From Eubacteriales bacterium (GTDB lineage Bacteria > Bacillota > Clostridia > Oscillospirales > CAG-272): a stretch of 47,544 bases of DNA. The stretch spans positions 1-47,544 of the forward strand of contig JAZSKO010000049.1 in the NCBI GenBank assembly GCA_045534875.1, given 5' to 3'. Every line of letters starts with the position of its first letter. Positions within the stretch are counted from its first letter, which is position 1. The position numbers were made by a program, and so were the translations under genes. Below the pieces are notes generated by a model, which was not told where the DNA came from, did not search any database, and saw only the letters and a program-made list of their open reading frames with translations. This document shows positions 43,686-47,544 of the stretch, piece after piece.

Positions 43686-44687
43686 ATGAGCATATCGAAC
43701 AGAATCTCCAAGAAGCAGATGCAGAGCATCTACGAGCAGATCAAAACCCCCTATAAGGTGGGGGACGTGATTCGGGATGAGGAATACCTCACCGATAGTC
43801 CGTCGGTCTTCTTCTACAACGGAAAATGGTATATGTACTTCATTCGCATCCGTAAGTCCATCAAGGATTCGGGATATGAGACGCATCTGGCATCGAGCGA
43901 GGATCTTGTGCATTGGACGTATGAGCGTCCCATCCTGCGCCGCTCGGAGTCGGGCGAGTGGGACAGCAAGCAGGTGGCGGGATATTTGGGCTTTGCCGAC
44001 ACCGAATTCGGTGGAAGCAATCAGCCGCAGGCGGTGAACGGTCGCTATTACGTTTCCTACCTCGGCGGCAACCTCGACGGCTACGAGACCGATCCGCTCC
44101 AAATGGGACTTTCCTACGCCGATTCTCCCATCGGAGAACTGGTCAAGCTCGAAAAGCCGATCCTCACCCCCTTCGACGCCGACGTGCGCGAATTTGAAAG
44201 CAAGACCCTGTTCAAGAGCAATCTGTTCATCGACGAGGAGAAAACCCTCGGCTACCGCTATGTAATGGCCTATAACGCCAAGCCCGCGGATGATCGGGAG
44301 CGCATCTATCTTGCCGTCTCCGAGGACGGAGAAAGCTGGAAGCGCTACGGCGAGGACGCGATCATCAACGAGGTGGGGATCATCCCGAACCTTCGCATTT
44401 CGGGTGACCCACAGATCGTTCGCATCGACGGGCTCTACGTCATGTTCTTCTTCCGCTTTGTGGAAGGGGAGAAGGCCTACAACACCTTCGCCGTCTCGGA
44501 TAACCTCACCGATTGGACGGTTTGGGACGGTAAGCCCCTGATCGAATCCGAGGAGGAGTGGGAGGATCGCTACGCGCACAAGAGCTATGTCGTTAAAACG
44601 AACGGCATCGTCTACCACTACTACTGCGCCGTGAACACCAAGGGTGAGCGCTTCATCGCGCTGGCCACATCCAAGCCTGTCTGCTAA
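43686..44687 (+). CDS. Five-bladed beta-propeller glycoside-hydrolase-like protein (GH43/GH32/GH130-clan gestalt), cytoplasmic
   Basis: ATG 43686 follows GGAGGG. The track start at 43467 would run through the tRNA gene. Repeated blade-like motifs: DSPSVFFYNGKWYMYF, SEDLVHWTY, GRYYVSYLG, SEDGESWKRY, DPQIVRIDGLYVMFF, NGIVYHYYCA. The exact family was not resolved. Confidence 0.45.
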   Translation: MSISNRISKKQMQSIYEQIKTPYKVGDVIRDEEYLTDSPSVFFYNGKWYMYFIRIRKSIKDSGYETHLASSEDLVHWTYERPILRRSESGEWDSKQVAGYLGFADTEFGGSNQPQAVNGRYYVSYLGGNLDGYETDPLQMGLSYADSPIGELVKLEKPILTPFDADVREFESKTLFKSNLFIDEEKTLGYRYVMAYNAKPADDRERIYLAVSEDGESWKRYGEDAIINEVGIIPNLRISGDPQIVRIDGLYVMFFFRFVEGEKAYNTFAVSDNLTDWTVWDGKPLIESEEEWEDRYAHKSYVVKTNGIVYHYYCAVNTKGERFIALATSKPVC

Positions 44688-44694
44688 AAATGAA

Positions 44695-44726
44695 AGCCAT
44701 GTACCACCAAGGTGCATGGCTTTTTT
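44695..44726 (+). terminator. Rho-independent terminator
   Basis: AGCCATGTACC (44695-44705) / GGTGCATGGCT (44711-44721) with one G-T pair, followed by TTTTTT. Confidence 0.7.
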
Positions 44727-44802
44727 GTATCGCTGTCATATTTTCTCCCGCTTTCTCATAGGCTTACACAAAGCCGATGGCTTAGATGGAAAGGAGAAGA
44801 TC

Positions 44803-46005
44803 ATGAAACGTGTTTGTTGGAAACGGATGTGCCTGCTTGCCTTGACGCTGGCTCTGCTCGTCAGCGGATGCAGTCTTTTCGCGTGGGCAGAGGAGGCGGA
44901 GCTGATCTCGGAGATTCCCGTTTCGGATATGGGGATCGAGGACGGCTCGTTGGAGCTGGACTGTCAAAGCGCCATTCTGATGGAGGCGACAACGGGAACT
45001 ATCCTGTACGCGCAAAACGCCCATGAGGCTCTGCCTCCCGCATCGGTGACCAAGGTGATGACGCTTCTGCTCATCATGGAGGCGATCGAATCCGGCGCGA
45101 TCGGATTGGACGATACCGTAACCGTCTCGGCGAACGCGGCGTCGATGGGGGGCTCGCAGGTCTATTTGAAGGAAGGGGAGCAGATGCGCTTGGAGGATCT
45201 GCTCAAAAGCGTGGTGATCGCCTCGGCAAACGACGCGGCGGTCGCTCTGGCAGAATATCTCTGCGGCAGCATGTCGGTTTTCGTTGGAAAAATGAACGAG
45301 AAGGCAAAGCAGCTCGGCATGAACGAAACGGCCTTTGAGAACGCCACGGGCTTGGACGATACTGCCGAGAACCATCTTACCTCGGCGCATGACATCGCCG
45401 TGATGTCGCGTGAGCTGATCCGTCATCCCACCATCCTGCAATACAGCTCGATCTGGATGGATACCATCCGCGACGGGCAGTTCGGACTCACCAACACCAA
45501 CCGTCTCGTTCGCTTCTATAACGGTTGCACGGGTCTGAAAACAGGCTCAACCTCCAAGGCTGGCTTTTGCGTGAGCGCGACGGCAGAGCGAGACGGCTTT
45601 TCCCTGATCTGTGTCATCATGGGCGCGGAGTCGAGAGACACGCGAAACGCCGTGGCGGCCTCTCTTCTCGATTGGGGCTTCGCGGGCTACGGTCTTTACA
45701 CCGCACAGGCAGGAAACACCGAGCCGATCGCGGTGAGCGGCGGTATGCAAAACACCTGTAAGACCGCCTATTCGGCCTTTTCCTGTGTCTTACCGAAGCA
45801 GGAGCTTTCCTCGGTAAAGCCGAGACTGCTGATGCCTGCCGAGGTCGCCGCACCGATCGCGGAGGGAGATGTGCTCGGGCGCGTGGAGTTTTGCGTGGGT
45901 GAGCGCGTGATCGGGCAGGTCAACGTACGGGCGGCAGAGAGCGTTGGAAGGATCCATTTCTTCGAGATCCTTCGGCGAATGGCGGCAGGATTTTCGCTGA
46001 TTTGA
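44803..46005 (+). CDS. D-alanyl-D-alanine carboxypeptidase (PBP5-type, peptidase S11)
   Basis: ATG 44803 follows AAAGGAGA. Signal/lipobox-like LLVSGC. Motifs SVTKVMT (SxxK), SAND (SxN) and KTGST (KTG). C-terminal PBP5_C-like domain. Confidence 0.85.
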   Translation: MKRVCWKRMCLLALTLALLVSGCSLFAWAEEAELISEIPVSDMGIEDGSLELDCQSAILMEATTGTILYAQNAHEALPPASVTKVMTLLLIMEAIESGAIGLDDTVTVSANAASMGGSQVYLKEGEQMRLEDLLKSVVIASANDAAVALAEYLCGSMSVFVGKMNEKAKQLGMNETAFENATGLDDTAENHLTSAHDIAVMSRELIRHPTILQYSSIWMDTIRDGQFGLTNTNRLVRFYNGCTGLKTGSTSKAGFCVSATAERDGFSLICVIMGAESRDTRNAVAASLLDWGFAGYGLYTAQAGNTEPIAVSGGMQNTCKTAYSAFSCVLPKQELSSVKPRLLMPAEVAAPIAEGDVLGRVEFCVGERVIGQVNVRAAESVGRIHFFEILRRMAAGFSLI

Positions 46006-46025
46006 TAAGTACATAACTCAAAAAA

Positions 46026-46059
46026 GCAGACGGGAATGATCGATCCCGTCTGCTTTTTT
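46026..46059 (+). terminator. Rho-independent terminator
   Basis: GCAGACGGGA (46026-46035) / TCCCGTCTGC (46044-46053) followed by TTTTTT. Confidence 0.8.
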
Positions 46060-46110
46060 GGGGATCCTACCCAAAATCGGCAAAAAGTGATGCTTTTTTC
46101 AAAAAAAGTA

Positions 46111-46139
46111 TTGAATTTTTGGAGCAAATGCTGTATAAT
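46111..46139 (+). promoter_or_regulatory. sigma-A promoter for pgi
   Basis: TTGAAT (46111-46116), 17 nt, TATAAT (46134-46139), with extended -10 TGt. It overlaps the first copy of the direct repeat CAAATGCTGTATAA. Confidence 0.6.
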
Positions 46140-46198
46140 AAAACAAATGCTGTATAAAAAAGAGCGAAAGTTTTTCGAAAAAAGGACGGGTGAACAAT

Positions 46199-47464
46199 AT
46201 GTCTATCAAATTGAACGACCATTATCTTTCTTCCTTCATCAGAGCGCACGAATATGAGCAGATCGCTCCGCAGATCCGCCTGGCAGATCAGGTGCTTCGT
46301 ACCAAGAGCGGCGCAGGAAATGCCTTCCTCGGATGGGTGGATCTTCCCACGAAGTATGACCGTGAGGAGTTCGCGCGCATCAAGGTGGCTGCCGAGAAGA
46401 TCCAAAAGAGCTGTGACGCGCTGATCGTTATTGGTATCGGAGGCTCTTATCTTGGCGCGAGAGCTGTGATCGAGTATCTCCGCTCTCCCAACTACAACCT
46501 CATTAAGAAGGACACTCCCGATATCTATTTCGCAGGAAACAGCATCAGCGCCGACGCGCTGAATGAGGTGCTGGCTCTTTGCGAGGGAAAGGATATCTGC
46601 GTGAACGTGATTTCCAAGTCGGGAACCACCACCGAGCCCGCCGTGGCCTTCCGTGTGTTCCGTAGCCTCTTGGAGGAAAAGTACGGTAAGGAGGGCGCAA
46701 GAGAGCGCATCTTCGTGACTACCGATAAGGCAAGAGGAACGCTCAAGCAGTTCTCCACCGAGGCAGGATATGAGACCTTCGTGGTGCCGGATGACGTGGG
46801 AGGTCGTTTCTCGGTTCTCACCGCTGTGGGACTGTTGCCCATCGCCGTGGCAGGCATTGACATTGACGCCTTGATGCAGGGCGCGGAGTCGGCAAGTAAG
46901 GCTTACACCGATCCCGATATCGAGAAGAACGATTGCTATAAGTACGCCGCCATTCGGAACATTCTCTACCGCAAGGGAAAGACCACCGAGATCTTGGCAA
47001 GCTACGAGCCCTTCTCGGCTATGCTCAACGAGTGGTGGAAGCAGCTCTACGGAGAGAGTGAGGGCAAGGACGGAAAGGGCATTTATCCCGCGTCCGTGAT
47101 CTTCTCCACCGATCTGCACTCTCTCGGTCAGTACGTGCAGGATGGCTGCCGCAACCTCTTTGAAACGGTTGTGGACATTGCCGACACCGGCGCTACCTTC
47201 GCTATCCCCACCGATCCCGCCAACATCGACGGTCTCAATTTCCTCTCCGGCATGGAGCTGGATGCCGTGAAAAAGACGGCAATGCAGGGAACGATCCTGG
47301 CGCACGTGGACGGCGGCGTTCCCAACATCGTTTTGGAGCTGGACAAGAGAGATGCCTTCACGCTGGGCGAGCTGCTCTACTTCTTTGAGCTGGCCTGCGC
47401 GATCTCGGGCTATGTTTCCGGCGTCAATCCCTTCGACCAGCCCGGTGTCGAATCCTACAACTAA
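46199..47464 (+). CDS. pgi: Glucose-6-phosphate isomerase; homology continues past the TAA at 47462 and a TAG at 47486 to TAA 47537
   Basis: MSIKLNDHY..., [48 protein letters not shown]. Downstream, in frame: N-MFALLC-*-PGYESPRGELEERLKF. Confidence 0.85.
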   Translation: MSIKLNDHYLSSFIRAHEYEQIAPQIRLADQVLRTKSGAGNAFLGWVDLPTKYDREEFARIKVAAEKIQKSCDALIVIGIGGSYLGARAVIEYLRSPNYNLIKKDTPDIYFAGNSISADALNEVLALCEGKDICVNVISKSGTTTEPAVAFRVFRSLLEEKYGKEGARERIFVTTDKARGTLKQFSTEAGYETFVVPDDVGGRFSVLTAVGLLPIAVAGIDIDALMQGAESASKAYTDPDIEKNDCYKYAAIRNILYRKGKTTEILASYEPFSAMLNEWWKQLYGESEGKDGKGIYPASVIFSTDLHSLGQYVQDGCRNLFETVVDIADTGATFAIPTDPANIDGLNFLSGMELDAVKKTAMQGTILAHVDGGVPNIVLELDKRDAFTLGELLYFFELACAISGYVSGVNPFDQPGVESYN

Positions 47465-47544
47465 AATATGTTTGCTCTGCTCTGCTAGCCCGGATATGAG
47501 TCCCCGCGCGGCGAGTTGGAGGAAAGATTGAAGTTTTAAGGAAA

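Noticed and set aside
1-47544. CRISPR arrays, rRNA genes, riboswitch/T-box leaders, toxin-antitoxin pairs and classical defence genes.
   Set aside because: No regularly spaced direct repeats, rRNA-like sequence or recognisable leader structures were seen on visual inspection. No restriction, Cas, Abi or TA-like ORFs were recognised. The only repeats seen are the coding microrepeats and paralog duplications reported above.

Overview
Chromosomal window from a moderately GC-rich, endospore-forming Firmicute. The Clostridia-type assignment is inferred from gpr, spoIIP, addAB, Gram-positive lipoboxes, AGGAGG-type RBSs and TTGACA-17-TGnTATAAT promoters. Left to right: (1) An AT-rich IS3-family insertion sequence whose left end coincides with the window start. 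(2) A divergent AraC-family regulator, then a ~14-kb co-directional accessory locus (2.7-16.5 kb). It encodes three short BNR/Asp-box sialidase-superfamily propellers in three topologies: cytoplasmic, lipoprotein, and appended to a giant surface protein. It also encodes an SGNH esterase, two ~860-aa internally duplicated beta-helix (GLUG-like) surface proteins, an orphan solute-binding lipoprotein, a 43-aa ORF and a cytoplasmic GH36/raffinose-synthase-like enzyme. (3) A convergent, oversized orphan family-5 solute-binding lipoprotein. (4) gpr and spoIIP, normally neighbours, split by a tandem array of three ~580-610-aa BNR lipoprotein paralogs driven by a consensus vegetative promoter. (5) A housekeeping block: small membrane protein, XRE-HTH/S24 repressor, permease, addA, addB, queG-like, htrA-like, OmpR/HK pair, rlmA, GT2, tRNA-Val(GAC), a beta-propeller glycosidase-like gene, a PBP5-type carboxypeptidase and pgi. 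Most noteworthy: (a) one in-frame TAG separates a beta-helix surface protein from a sialidase-like propeller that has no start codon of its own; (b) an identical C-terminal 'GCAS, hydrophobic helix, basic tail' occurs on two unrelated secreted proteins and may be a non-LPXTG sorting signal; (c) the propeller-rich locus lacks every canonical sialic-acid catabolism or transport gene; (d) a three-gene array is inserted inside the conserved gpr-spoIIP pair; (e) pgi carries two in-frame stops in its last ~25 codons. No CRISPR array, rRNA or obvious prophage was seen. All family assignments come from motifs read by eye; no database search was run.
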